The position numbers were made by a program, and so were the translations under genes. Under the pieces are notes generated by a model that was not told the origin of the DNA, searched no databases, and saw nothing but the letters and a program-made list of their open reading frames with translations. Below are positions 1-8,472 of a DNA stretch of 64,000 nt, one piece after another. Origin of the DNA: an uncultured Bacteroidia bacterium (GTDB lineage: Bacteria; Bacteroidota; Bacteroidia; Bacteroidales; F082); the NCBI GenBank assembly GCA_902800965.1, contig CADCGK010000012.1, positions 155,820 through 219,819 on the forward strand, in the 5' to 3' direction. The first letter of the stretch is position 1; the number at the start of each line of letters is the position of its first letter.

Positions 1-219
1 TTCAGGAACAATCTCAAAGAGGTCGGCGCTGATGATGCCAGCCAATTCTTGTGCGGCTCCTTTGGTCACGCCCGAAGCCGAAAAATAGGTTACTAAGGTT
101 TTCATGGTCTTGTCTTTTGCTTGTTTTGAATGCGGGCATGTTGCTGAACCGCAGCAGTTCTGTGCCGAGGCAAATCCGACGATGGCAACGAATGCCAATA
201 ACAATGTGAATCTTTTCAT
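1..219 (-). CDS. flavodoxin family protein, N-terminal part (gene continues past the window start)
   Basis: The reverse translation from the ATG at 105 gives [35 protein letters not shown], a flavodoxin-type YFSxSGxT loop. An in-frame ATG at 219 would add the 38-aa signal-like leader [38 protein letters not shown]. The true start (105 or 219) is unresolved. Confidence 0.6.
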   Translation of the reverse strand, partial: MKRFTLLLAFVAIVGFASAQNCCGSATCPHSKQAKDKTMKTLVTYFSASGVTKGAAQELAGIISADLFEIVPE

Positions 220-398
220 TTTTTTTCTTTATTTATGGGTGATAGATTGACTGTTCATTTTTTCATAAAGGGCCCGCCCTTTCACCGTCAAAATCATCGA
301 AATCCAAATATCCTTGTTTCTCTGCCATGACACATCGACTAATCTGCAAAGATAATAAAAAGCGGATTATGAAATAAAATGGGGGCCTGCTGAGTTGA

Positions 399-881
399 TT
401 AATTATCTGCAGCGAAAGCCTTTAGTGCATTCTCGTCCAATCGCTGCACCCTCCACTCGTCCATGGGGATAGCCCCGATGCTGCGATAAACAGCCAAAGC
501 GGGCTTGTTCCAGTCGAGGCATATCCATTCCATGCGGCCGCAGTTGCGCTCCACGGCAAGCTTGGCGAGGTATTTCAACAAAGCCTTGCCATAGCCCCTG
601 CCGCGCTTCTCGGGAAGGATAAACAGATCCTCGAGATACAAGCCCTTGCGACCGACAAATGTCGAGAAATTGTGGAAAAACAAGGCGAAACCGATAACCA
701 TGCCGTCCTCCTCGGCAAAGACCACCTCAGCGGAACGCTCGACAAATAATGAGTTGTACAACGTGGCTTCGTCGGCTACGACTTCATCGGCGCATTTCTC
801 GTAAACGGCGAGTTTCTTGATGAAGTCAAGGACAAGACTCGTTTCTTCAGGTTTTGCGGGACGTATGGTGAATTGGCTCAT
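399..881 (-). CDS. GNAT family N-acetyltransferase
   Basis: 160-aa ORF with an ATG start. It carries the acetyl-CoA binding motif EKRGRGYGKALL and typical GNAT length and layout. Confidence 0.85.
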   Translation of the reverse strand: MSQFTIRPAKPEETSLVLDFIKKLAVYEKCADEVVADEATLYNSLFVERSAEVVFAEEDGMVIGFALFFHNFSTFVGRKGLYLEDLFILPEKRGRGYGKALLKYLAKLAVERNCGRMEWICLDWNKPALAVYRSIGAIPMDEWRVQRLDENALKAFAADN

Positions 882-884
882 GAC

Positions 885-3014
885 TTATTCTACTATGTCC
901 ATTTCTGCAATGAGATTCTTCGCACCGGCAAACTTGTCGATGATGAAGAGCACATAACGGATATCCACCGAGATGTTACGGCAGATGTCGGGATCATAGA
1001 CCAAATCGCTCATGGTGCCTTCCCAGCAGCGGTCGAAGTTGAGGCCCAACAGCCGACCATCGGCATTCAAAATGGGACTGCCGGAGTTGCCGCCTGTGGT
1101 GTGGACACTAGCAGTGAAAGCGACGTGCATGGTGCCGTCCTTATCTGCATAACGGCCATAGTCTTTGTTGTTGTATAGCTCCTTCAGCTTGGGTTCCACC
1201 ACATAGTCGTAGATGTCGGGGTTCTCCTTCTCCATGATGCCCTCCAGCGTGGTGAAATGACGGAAAGTCTTGCCGTCCTGAGGCTTGAAGCCCTCCACCT
1301 TGCCGTAGGTGACGCGCAACGTAAAGTTGGCATCAGGCGAGAAACGACGCTCAGGCTCCATCACCATCTGGCCTTTCATGTAGATGCGCTGCAAGCTATC
1401 GATCGCTTTGTTGATGGGAGCCATCTTGGGATTCACGTCGTTGCGATAGAACTCAATCAGACTCTGATAGGCCTTCATAGCAGGATCCTTCTGCAGTTTC
1501 TTGACCTTGCTGGCTTTAAAGCCATCCAGAAACTCGTTGACTTTCTCTTCGTTGACGAACATCGACTTGCTGAAGAGCTCGTTGACGTAGCTGTCCACAT
1601 CCTTGATCTCGTTCAGGAAACCGGGACGGAAATCGGCAGGCTGCTTGAGGTATTCGGTAAGCATGCTTTTGGCCACTTCCTCGTCGATCGGCTGATGGTA
1701 ATCCTTGAAGAAGGCTTTGGTGGCATTTTTCAGTGAAGCGACCATATCGTCGATGTCTTCCTGCGGGGTCTCTTTGGTGACCCGCGACAGCCTTCCAAAG
1801 CTGCCGGCAAAGTCTATCAACTCGATGTTCAAACCAGCATTGGAAAGATAGGTATAAGCCACGCGGTAAGGCTCCAGCTCTTTGTATTTCTTTTCGAAGG
1901 CATTCAAGAGTCCGATATAGGGATAGCGCTGGCGGCTGGCGTTGCACCATTCCATGAAGTCCTTTTCGTAGGCCTGCTTCTTCTCCACGCCGTGGAAGTG
2001 GTTGATGCCTTCGGTGACGCCCATCCACTTCTTCCAGCCGTTGCCGAGACCAGCATGCTTGGAAGCATACTGGATGCGTACCTTCTTGTCCTTCTCCTGA
2101 TAGGTGTTGTAGATGTCGAGGATCTTGCCGCGAAGATCGACCGCAATGGGATCGATGACGTTGGCTTCTTGGTTGACAGCGATGGATGGCAAGTATTCGC
2201 TGGTACGGGCAGGATAGCCGAACACGAAGGCGAAGTCGCCCTCATCGGCGCCTTTTAGCGAGATCTCGAGATGCTTGGCGGGCTTGTAAGGAACGTTGTC
2301 GGCGCTGTAATCGGCAGGATGGCCGTCCTTGCCGGCATAGACGCGGAACACGCTGAAGTCGCCCGTATGGCGGGGCCAAACCCAGTTGTCGGTGTCGCCG
2401 CCAAACTTGCCGATGTTGCTCGGGGGACAGCCCACCAGACGCACGTCGGTATATTCCTCGTTCAGCAGGAGATAGTATTCATTGCCAAGGAAGAAAGGCT
2501 TGACGGAAGCCTTGTATTTGGTTTCTTTCTCCACCTCGGCGATGATTTTCTTGATGTTCTCGCTGATGGTGGCTTGGCGCTTGGCTTCTGTCATCTCGCT
2601 GGTGACCTCGTTGAGCACCTGGGGGGTCACGTCGCGCATCTCGCGGAGGAAGATGACTGTCAGGCCAGGACAAGGCAGCTCCTGCGAGCGGTCCATGGCC
2701 CAGAAGCCGTCGGTGAGATAGTCGTGCTCCACCGAGCTGTGTTGTTGGATGTAGTCGTAGCCGCAGTGGTGGTTGGTAAGCAGCAGACCATAGTCGCTGA
2801 CGATCTCACCCGTGCAGCCACCGCCAAAGAGCACGATGGCGTCTTTCAAGCTGCTGTGGTTGATGGAATAGATGTCGTCGGCAGTGATACGCATGCCCAT
2901 CTCTTGCATCTCTTTCTCGTTGTACTGAAGGAGCATCGGGATCCACATCCCTTCTCCGGCGAAGGCCATCGCTGAGGTCAAAACAATGGCGAGTGATAGA
3001 AGAAGTCGTTTCAT
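885..3014 (-). CDS. S46 family dipeptidyl-peptidase (DPP7/DPP11-like serine peptidase)
   Basis: 709 aa. A signal peptide is followed by GEGMWIP, and the TNHHCG (His) and GGNSGSP (Ser) motifs characteristic of S46 peptidases are present. Confidence 0.85.
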   Translation of the reverse strand: MKRLLLSLAIVLTSAMAFAGEGMWIPMLLQYNEKEMQEMGMRITADDIYSINHSSLKDAIVLFGGGCTGEIVSDYGLLLTNHHCGYDYIQQHSSVEHDYLTDGFWAMDRSQELPCPGLTVIFLREMRDVTPQVLNEVTSEMTEAKRQATISENIKKIIAEVEKETKYKASVKPFFLGNEYYLLLNEEYTDVRLVGCPPSNIGKFGGDTDNWVWPRHTGDFSVFRVYAGKDGHPADYSADNVPYKPAKHLEISLKGADEGDFAFVFGYPARTSEYLPSIAVNQEANVIDPIAVDLRGKILDIYNTYQEKDKKVRIQYASKHAGLGNGWKKWMGVTEGINHFHGVEKKQAYEKDFMEWCNASRQRYPYIGLLNAFEKKYKELEPYRVAYTYLSNAGLNIELIDFAGSFGRLSRVTKETPQEDIDDMVASLKNATKAFFKDYHQPIDEEVAKSMLTEYLKQPADFRPGFLNEIKDVDSYVNELFSKSMFVNEEKVNEFLDGFKASKVKKLQKDPAMKAYQSLIEFYRNDVNPKMAPINKAIDSLQRIYMKGQMVMEPERRFSPDANFTLRVTYGKVEGFKPQDGKTFRHFTTLEGIMEKENPDIYDYVVEPKLKELYNNKDYGRYADKDGTMHVAFTASVHTTGGNSGSPILNADGRLLGLNFDRCWEGTMSDLVYDPDICRNISVDIRYVLFIIDKFAGAKNLIAEMDIVE

Positions 3015-3061
3015 GATAACTTTGCTAAATTTGAAATTTGGGCAAAGTTAAGGTTTTTTTC

Positions 3062-4348
3062 TTATAACTCCAATTTCACTTGAAACAAAGCCTGCCGATG
3101 ATTGTTCCCAGTAGGATAAAGGAAATACAGCACCCTGTTGTGTACCCTTAGCATCTCTGCAAAGGGATAGCCGCTGAGATCCAGGACAGGCGTGGCGGTA
3201 CCTGTAGGCAGATCGATACGCATCAAAGTATAGAGACCGTCATCAACAAAAAACGAGTAAAACTCCCGTTGTGCCCGGTCAACGATCATGCTTTTCTTCC
3301 AACGCCCGTCCTGCACTTTAGTGCCATCCCATCTTGTTTGTTCGTGATAAACGAGCGGATAGCGCTCCAATTCCTTGCCAACGGCATCGTAAACGATAGT
3401 TTTATCATCAGCATAAGCAAAAAGGTAAAATTTGTTGTCGAGACAATAGATGGGATTGTAAATGTAAAACATCGTTGGATAGAAGTTGAGCGCATAATAA
3501 TGAAACCTATCAACGCCGAATCGAAAGAGGTCTATAATATCGTCACGGATTTTCTCATCCACAATGTGCTCCAGCAAATATATTGTGTCAGCAGTCGGGG
3601 TGACGCAGTAATAGTATTGCTCTGTGCCATAAAAAGCATACCTGCCCGTGATGACCACGCTATCAGAGGCCGCCACGATAGGTCCGTAGGTCTTGTAAAA
3701 ATTCTCCAGCGAGATGGGGGCATACAGAAACATGTCCTTTTTTCGTCCGTCGGAGGTTTCGGTGAAGCCCACCTGGCAGGCGTTTTCGGTGCTGACAACA
3801 TGGACAAAGCCGTAGAAATCCCGATAGAGATTCTTGTAGGCGGATGAGATCTTCAACTCATGAAGCGTATCCATCTCGAACGAGAGATGCAGCAGTGCCG
3901 TGTTTCGCTTACGATAAGCGACGAGATAGATGCCATCATCAGCGATTACATAGTCGAGCACGCTCCGCACCGGGTTGTCGAAAGCGATGTAAGGGGCATT
4001 ACCGATCACTTCCACCTCCAACAACTCGTGTTTTTTGGTTTCCATCTCGATTTTGAGTTCCTGCCCAATCAAGTCTTTTTCCTTGATCGTGTAAGTCATC
4101 GGCTCATAAACGATATGGGCAAAGCGGATCTTTTGTCCCACCACGGGGCGCGACAAGGCAAAATGTCCGTTTTCATCCGTTATGGAAATCAGCAGTGAGT
4201 CATTCACATAAACGCCTACGTTTTCGATGGCACGGCCTTTTTCGTTGACGCATACACCTTGAAGGTAGAGACGGTCTTGGGCATTGGCCGTAAAAGCAAG
4301 CATCCATAGAAGGATTATCAAAAAAGAATAAAATCGAGTGTTTTTCAT
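3062..4348 (-). CDS. secreted protein of unknown function with CarboxypepD_reg-like N-terminal domain (paralog of 4361..5674)
   Basis: The signal peptide is MKNTRFYSFLIILLWMLAFTANA. The N-terminal segment LQGVCVNEKGRAIENVGVYVNDSLLISITDENGHF resembles CarboxypepD_reg. The C-terminal segment ...FYSFFVDDGLYTLMRIDLPTG...VLYFLY is shared with the neighbouring ORF. Confidence 0.6.
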   Translation of the reverse strand: MKNTRFYSFLIILLWMLAFTANAQDRLYLQGVCVNEKGRAIENVGVYVNDSLLISITDENGHFALSRPVVGQKIRFAHIVYEPMTYTIKEKDLIGQELKIEMETKKHELLEVEVIGNAPYIAFDNPVRSVLDYVIADDGIYLVAYRKRNTALLHLSFEMDTLHELKISSAYKNLYRDFYGFVHVVSTENACQVGFTETSDGRKKDMFLYAPISLENFYKTYGPIVAASDSVVITGRYAFYGTEQYYYCVTPTADTIYLLEHIVDEKIRDDIIDLFRFGVDRFHYYALNFYPTMFYIYNPIYCLDNKFYLFAYADDKTIVYDAVGKELERYPLVYHEQTRWDGTKVQDGRWKKSMIVDRAQREFYSFFVDDGLYTLMRIDLPTGTATPVLDLSGYPFAEMLRVHNRVLYFLYPTGNNHRQALFQVKLEL

Positions 4349-4360
4349 AGTGATGCGGTC

Positions 4361-5674
4361 TTATAAATCTTGATTAATTCTCATTCGATACAGTTGTTTT
4401 GCATGGTTATCCTCTTTGGAATAGAGGAAATACAGCACCCCATCGTGGACTTGAGGGTTAGTCACAAAAGGAAACCCTGTTAATTTGGCTACCTCATCGG
4501 CTTTGCCTGTTTTTAGATCGATTCTCTTCAAAATCATGACGCCATCGTCCTCGAACACTGCATAGAATCTGGATTGGACCTTATCTAACAATACCAACTT
4601 CTTCCATTCTTTACGCATCTGCCATTTGTTATCCCAAGTCTTTTCCCGATGAAAAGTGATCCAGCTCCACCCAAGACGTTGCGCTTCGTGGTTGAAATAA
4701 ATGACTTTGTCGGCCTCGAAATTGAAAAGGAAAATGGTATCGTTGGTCTCGAACACTGGATCATAAATTGCTTTAAGAAACAGACTGCCTCCCCTGCCGC
4801 CGAATTTGCGGTAGTTTTCCGCCAAGTCGAGACCTCCATTGTCGCTGACATATTCCATAAAATACCCTTTATGGCTGTCAATCTCGTAATAGTTGTAATA
4901 AATCTCCTGTCCGTTATCTCCATAGTCAGCCACAATAAACACCTTGTCGTTGGCAAGCACGTTGTTGCCCATCAAGGCGTAGAACTCATCCCGTTGCATA
5001 CCATAAAAAAGCTCCATGTTCATATACTGGCCGCGATACTGCCGATGACCAATCTGATAGGTCGAGTCATTGCCGATCAGGTGGATTTGATTGTAAACAT
5101 CCTTATAAAGCCGCTGGAATTTCCTTCGGATAGGCAGCACCGAAAGCGTGTCAAAATTCATCGTCGTGTGCAACAAAGAACAGTTGGCATCCTGCCGATA
5201 GGCAATCATGTAGAATCCCATGTCGTTGATTTCGTAATCGATAACACTATTTACCCTGTTTCGATAAGCGATTACAGGTGCCGAGCCAACAATCTCTACC
5301 TCCATTAATCCGTAAGCGTTTTCCAGTAACATCATTGGAACTTCTTTCTTGGCGAAATCCTCCTGCTCGATGACAAACCGAGTGTATTCGTAGGTCACGT
5401 GCGACAAACACAAGGTGTCACCTACTTTGACTTTATTCACAGTGAATCTGCCATTCTTGTCGGAGACCGAAAGCAGAAGCGAGTCAGTGGAATAAATGTT
5501 CACGCCTTGGATCGGTTGCTTTCTCAAGTCGATACATCTACCATGGATGACAGAGCGCTGTTGAGCCGTGCTCCGAACTGTAAAAACAAGCAATAGAAGC
5601 AAAAGTGCCGTTGACAAGTAAAAACAAGTGTTTCTCATATTGACGTGTTTTGAATGTTTCATATCATTGACCAC
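4361..5674 (-). CDS. secreted protein of unknown function with CarboxypepD_reg-like N-terminal domain (paralog of 3062..4348)
   Basis: It is colinear with the 428-aa neighbour (IHGRCIDLRKQPIQGVNIY...; FYAVFEDDGVMILKRIDLKTG...VLYFLY). The likely true start is the internal MRNTCFY at 5638, which matches the MKNTRFY starts of its neighbours. Confidence 0.6.
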   Translation of the reverse strand: MVNDMKHSKHVNMRNTCFYLSTALLLLLLVFTVRSTAQQRSVIHGRCIDLRKQPIQGVNIYSTDSLLLSVSDKNGRFTVNKVKVGDTLCLSHVTYEYTRFVIEQEDFAKKEVPMMLLENAYGLMEVEIVGSAPVIAYRNRVNSVIDYEINDMGFYMIAYRQDANCSLLHTTMNFDTLSVLPIRRKFQRLYKDVYNQIHLIGNDSTYQIGHRQYRGQYMNMELFYGMQRDEFYALMGNNVLANDKVFIVADYGDNGQEIYYNYYEIDSHKGYFMEYVSDNGGLDLAENYRKFGGRGGSLFLKAIYDPVFETNDTIFLFNFEADKVIYFNHEAQRLGWSWITFHREKTWDNKWQMRKEWKKLVLLDKVQSRFYAVFEDDGVMILKRIDLKTGKADEVAKLTGFPFVTNPQVHDGVLYFLYSKEDNHAKQLYRMRINQDL

Positions 5675-5692
5675 TACACCACCGTGCAGGCG

Positions 5693-6925
5693 TCATAATG
5701 ACAGATAGACATACTTGTATTCCTTCCCATCGTCGAAGCGAAGTAAGTACTCGCCTTTGTAAAGCGCCAGCTTGAACTCGCTTTCATCCTTGCCATACAT
5801 ATACTGGTCGATGGGGACGCATGCTTCGCCTTCCGATTTCAGGAACGCGCTCACGCAACCTTCGGGGAAACCGTTTTTGTCGATGTATCGGCGGTCGATG
5901 GTGTAAAGCACCTTGCCGTTGTAGAGTTTCCATTCGGGGATGTTGTCTTCGATGAAGCGCGTGCGGGGCAGGCAACAGGTGGCATCCATGCCTGAATTGT
6001 TTGGATAAATACGTTTCACGGTATCGTAACAGATAATCGGCTCACGGATGGGCATGGCATCAATGCGGTCAAAAAACGCGGTACGTAACGAGTCCATACT
6101 TTCGTATTGTTCAGAGAAAGTCATGACGCTGCAATCCATCGTAAACGGGTCAATGCCTGCCTTTTCTTTGAAAAAACCACCCATCATCGACCACCCTTTG
6201 CGGTCGGTGATATGCCCCATACCTCCTAAAAGCAAAAACTTAGCTTCGGGATCTTTGTCAAGAATATTCTTGATTAGGTTATCTGCCTCATTCCTCTCGC
6301 GGTCAACGCCCCAACCATCGGCCTCGTAGAGCACCAGTGTATAGCCCATGTTGAGTGCCGTCCTTAATAGGTCGCCGAAAACAGGTTCGTCGCAATAGAA
6401 GCCCGTCTCACCTAGTAGCACGGTGCGCCGCTCGTTCACCAAGGAGTCCTTCGCAAATAAGGTTTCGGCGGCAAGGTAACGGTATCCGTTTTGGTAACAT
6501 TTTTCCAACCAACTGATGATAAAAGCCCTGCTATGGGGATTAAAATGCATCTCGTTAAGCATGATGACACGGTTGTTTTCGATGATGCTGTCCATCACTA
6601 CCGACAAAGGTATTGTTATCACATTTTCATAGTTCTTGGCTAAACGCATCTTGTCTGAAAACAATTTGCCTTTTTCAGCCTTTTGCATGGCTTCTTTGTA
6701 ATGTCCAACTCTAGAATACAGAATACTAAGCAAATCATTATAACTATCTTCGAATTGAGTGCCGATATACAGACTGTCCAGACAAAGAAGTTTATTCAAT
6801 GAACGATAGCTGTATCCATCTTCTTTGGCCACCATATAAGGGTGTTTCAGGTCATTGTTTTGGGCCATTGCCTTCAGGAGAAAAAGAAAGAATACCAGCA
6901 GCAAGTAAAATCGAGTGTTTTTCAT
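5693..6925 (-). CDS. secreted protein, possible ChaN/Tiki-superfamily (erythromycin-esterase/ChaN-like) domain
   Basis: The signal peptide is MKNTRFYLLLVFFLFLLKAMA. The motif LNEMHFNPHSRAF...YLAAETLF resembles the GExHxNxxH...E signature of ChaN/Tiki-type proteins. This is motif recognition only. Confidence 0.4.
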   Translation of the reverse strand: MKNTRFYLLLVFFLFLLKAMAQNNDLKHPYMVAKEDGYSYRSLNKLLCLDSLYIGTQFEDSYNDLLSILYSRVGHYKEAMQKAEKGKLFSDKMRLAKNYENVITIPLSVVMDSIIENNRVIMLNEMHFNPHSRAFIISWLEKCYQNGYRYLAAETLFAKDSLVNERRTVLLGETGFYCDEPVFGDLLRTALNMGYTLVLYEADGWGVDRERNEADNLIKNILDKDPEAKFLLLGGMGHITDRKGWSMMGGFFKEKAGIDPFTMDCSVMTFSEQYESMDSLRTAFFDRIDAMPIREPIICYDTVKRIYPNNSGMDATCCLPRTRFIEDNIPEWKLYNGKVLYTIDRRYIDKNGFPEGCVSAFLKSEGEACVPIDQYMYGKDESEFKLALYKGEYLLRFDDGKEYKYVYLSL

Positions 6926-7083
6926 AGCGATGCGGTGTTAGGATTTCATCACTACAAAATTATGTTACGTTTCTTTTGTTTTATAGGGTCTTATTTTGTG
7001 ATATAGATTTTTATTGATTAAAAATTGTTATATTTTAATGAAAATCAACAAGTTGATTTTTACTTTTGTATAGAATAATATAA

Positions 7084-7143
7084 AATGTATCCAAAATTTC
7101 AACAGCAAAACTATTGACATTTTTAAAAATGATCGTATTTTTG
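7084..7143 (+). promoter_or_regulatory. conserved 60-bp promoter module, copy I (upstream of DUF5618-like copy 1)
   Basis: AATGTATCCAAAATTTCAACAGCAAAACTATTGAC...TATTTTTG, with the -7 box (TAnnTTTG) exactly 52 nt from the motif start. Confidence 0.65.
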
Positions 7144-7168
7144 CAGCATTAATAAAAGAAACATTTCT

Positions 7169-7558
7169 ATGAAAAAAGATTTGATAAAAGAGGCAAGACG
7201 TTATGTTGACAATGCAGAGAAGACACTTTCGGAAAACGGACGTTACAATCCTGAACTGAAACTGTATGAGGATGAAAAATACGTACGGGCGGCGGGACAT
7301 TACCTGTGGCATGCTGTACTGATGGCCTTGGATGCGGTATTTCATGTGAGGGCCGACCGACGCACCCGTGTGGCCGTTGACGACTATTACGAAGCGGTAA
7401 GAAAAAGGGACCGCAAGTTACTTGCTTTGGTAAACAGCAGCTATAACGTCATGCACTTGTCTATGGACTATGATGGCACTCCAAGCAAAAGCATTTGTAG
7501 CGAAGGAATCCGTCTTGCCAACGATATCATCGACCGTTGCGCTAAGATGTTGGCATAG
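7169..7558 (+). CDS. DUF5618-like small helical protein (copy 1)
   Basis: 129 aa, MKKDLIKEARRYVDNAEKTL...HYLWHAVLMALDAVF... It is about 81% identical at the protein level to 15536..15925. The family assignment is from memory of Bacteroidales DUF5618 proteins. Confidence 0.6.
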   Translation: MKKDLIKEARRYVDNAEKTLSENGRYNPELKLYEDEKYVRAAGHYLWHAVLMALDAVFHVRADRRTRVAVDDYYEAVRKRDRKLLALVNSSYNVMHLSMDYDGTPSKSICSEGIRLANDIIDRCAKMLA

Positions 7559-8459
7559 CATTCAAAACCGCTGAAACAGGGTCTTTCCCTACCTTTTTCA
7601 GCAGATTTGAGCGGTATTTCATCACCGTGTTTTGGCTTAATTCTAGGATTTCAGCTTCTTCTTTGATGCGGAATTCGAGGAAGTTAAGGATCAATAAGTC
7701 GTATTCCTGCTCGCTCAAGTCGGGATAGGTGGTTTTTAGCCGCTCGTAGGCTTTGGGATAAGTGGCATTGAAGGCTTCGATAATGCGTTTACGCTGGCTC
7801 CCTCGTGAAAGGACTTCCCTGGCCTGCCGTTGGAGATTCTCGAAAGTCTGCCGTTCGATGGCGGATTGCGCCTCGTTCAATTGTTGGTCAAAAGCCTCAC
7901 GTTCTTGGTCGTACGCCCTGCGTTGTTGGTTGTTGGTTTTACGCAACTGAAGCAACACCCATCCCATCACCAAAAGCCCCAACAAGGCTCCTGCTCCGAT
8001 AAGCAGGTATCGCTGGCGGGCATGCTTCCGTTCTTGGTTAAGGGAAAGGTCGTAGTTATCCGCCAAGAACAGCGCATATTCGTTGATTTTCGGCGTGTCG
8101 CCTTGAGCAATGGCGATATCGAGCAGATATCTTGCTGCGGTCATCTTTTCATCTGTGTCGGTTAAAAACACTTGTTCCAGATAGACTTTGGCAGAATCCT
8201 GTTGTCCTTCGAAATAGAAGTCGGTGCCAATGTTCAGCCGATGTTCTGGGTTATCAGTTGGATGAGCACTTATGGGGTTAGTAATAAAGAGGACGACAGC
8301 CGTCATTGCGAGCGAAACGCAGTGGAGCGCGGCAATCCAACCTGACCCAAAATAGCCAAGACAACTCAGGTTGGATTGCTTCGTCGTTCCTCCTCGCAAT
8401 GACGAAGGCAATGCTAACCTTCTGATAAAAAGCCATATATTCTTCAGCAGTTGCCTCAT
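7542..8459 (-). CDS. truncated TPR/TM/coiled-coil/LuxR-like HTH membrane protein (5' end built from a repeat element)
   Basis: The C-terminus LSEQEYDLLILNFLEFRIKEEAEILELSQNTVMKYRSNLLKKVG is a LuxR/GerE-type HTH pattern. One TM segment is present (YLLIGAGALLGLLVMGWVLL). The first ~45 codons are encoded by the palindromic element at 8301..8404. The start is uncertain: ATG at 8459, or the ATG inside the element near 8305. Confidence 0.55.
   Translation of the reverse strand: MRQLLKNIWLFIRRLALPSSLRGGTTKQSNLSCLGYFGSGWIAALHCVSLAMTAVVLFITNPISAHPTDNPEHRLNIGTDFYFEGQQDSAKVYLEQVFLTDTDEKMTAARYLLDIAIAQGDTPKINEYALFLADNYDLSLNQERKHARQRYLLIGAGALLGLLVMGWVLLQLRKTNNQQRRAYDQEREAFDQQLNEAQSAIERQTFENLQRQAREVLSRGSQRKRIIEAFNATYPKAYERLKTTYPDLSEQEYDLLILNFLEFRIKEEAEILELSQNTVMKYRSNLLKKVGKDPVSAVLNAMPTS
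8301..8404. repeat. palindromic REP/MITE-like element, family 1, full-length copy
   Basis: The left arm is CGTCATTGCGAG...GCAATCCAACCTGA, the loop is ~20 nt (CCCAAAATAGCCAAGACAAC) and the right arm is TCAGGTTGGATTGC...CTCGCAATGACG. The arms are reverse complements at both termini. Confidence 0.85.
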
Positions 8460-8472
8460 GCCCAAATCATTC

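Noticed and set aside
6926-7168. Whether the divergent intergenic regions (6926-7168, 9541-9815, 15269-15535) are invertible, phase-variable promoters.
   Set aside because: I found no flanking long inverted repeats bracketing the promoter, and no site-specific recombinase in the window. The three copies all have the same orientation relative to their downstream genes.
7028-7345. The 105-aa minus-strand ORF spanning the 6926-7168 intergenic region, and the similar AT-rich ORFs 63628..63867 and 31208..31471.
   Set aside because: They are low-complexity Phe/Ile/Lys/Asn translations of AT-rich promoter DNA. They also overlap better-supported genes (the DUF5618-like gene and the beta-barrel gene) in other frames.
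7542-7558. Recurrent 3'-end overlaps of convergent gene pairs: 17 nt at 7542..7558, 42002..42018 and 49412..49428; 11 nt at 33276..33286; 27 nt at 61079..61105.
   Set aside because: The overlapping sequences share no similarity with each other. The repeated value of 17 nt is most simply coincidence in a compact genome. It is worth noting but is not evidence of a system.
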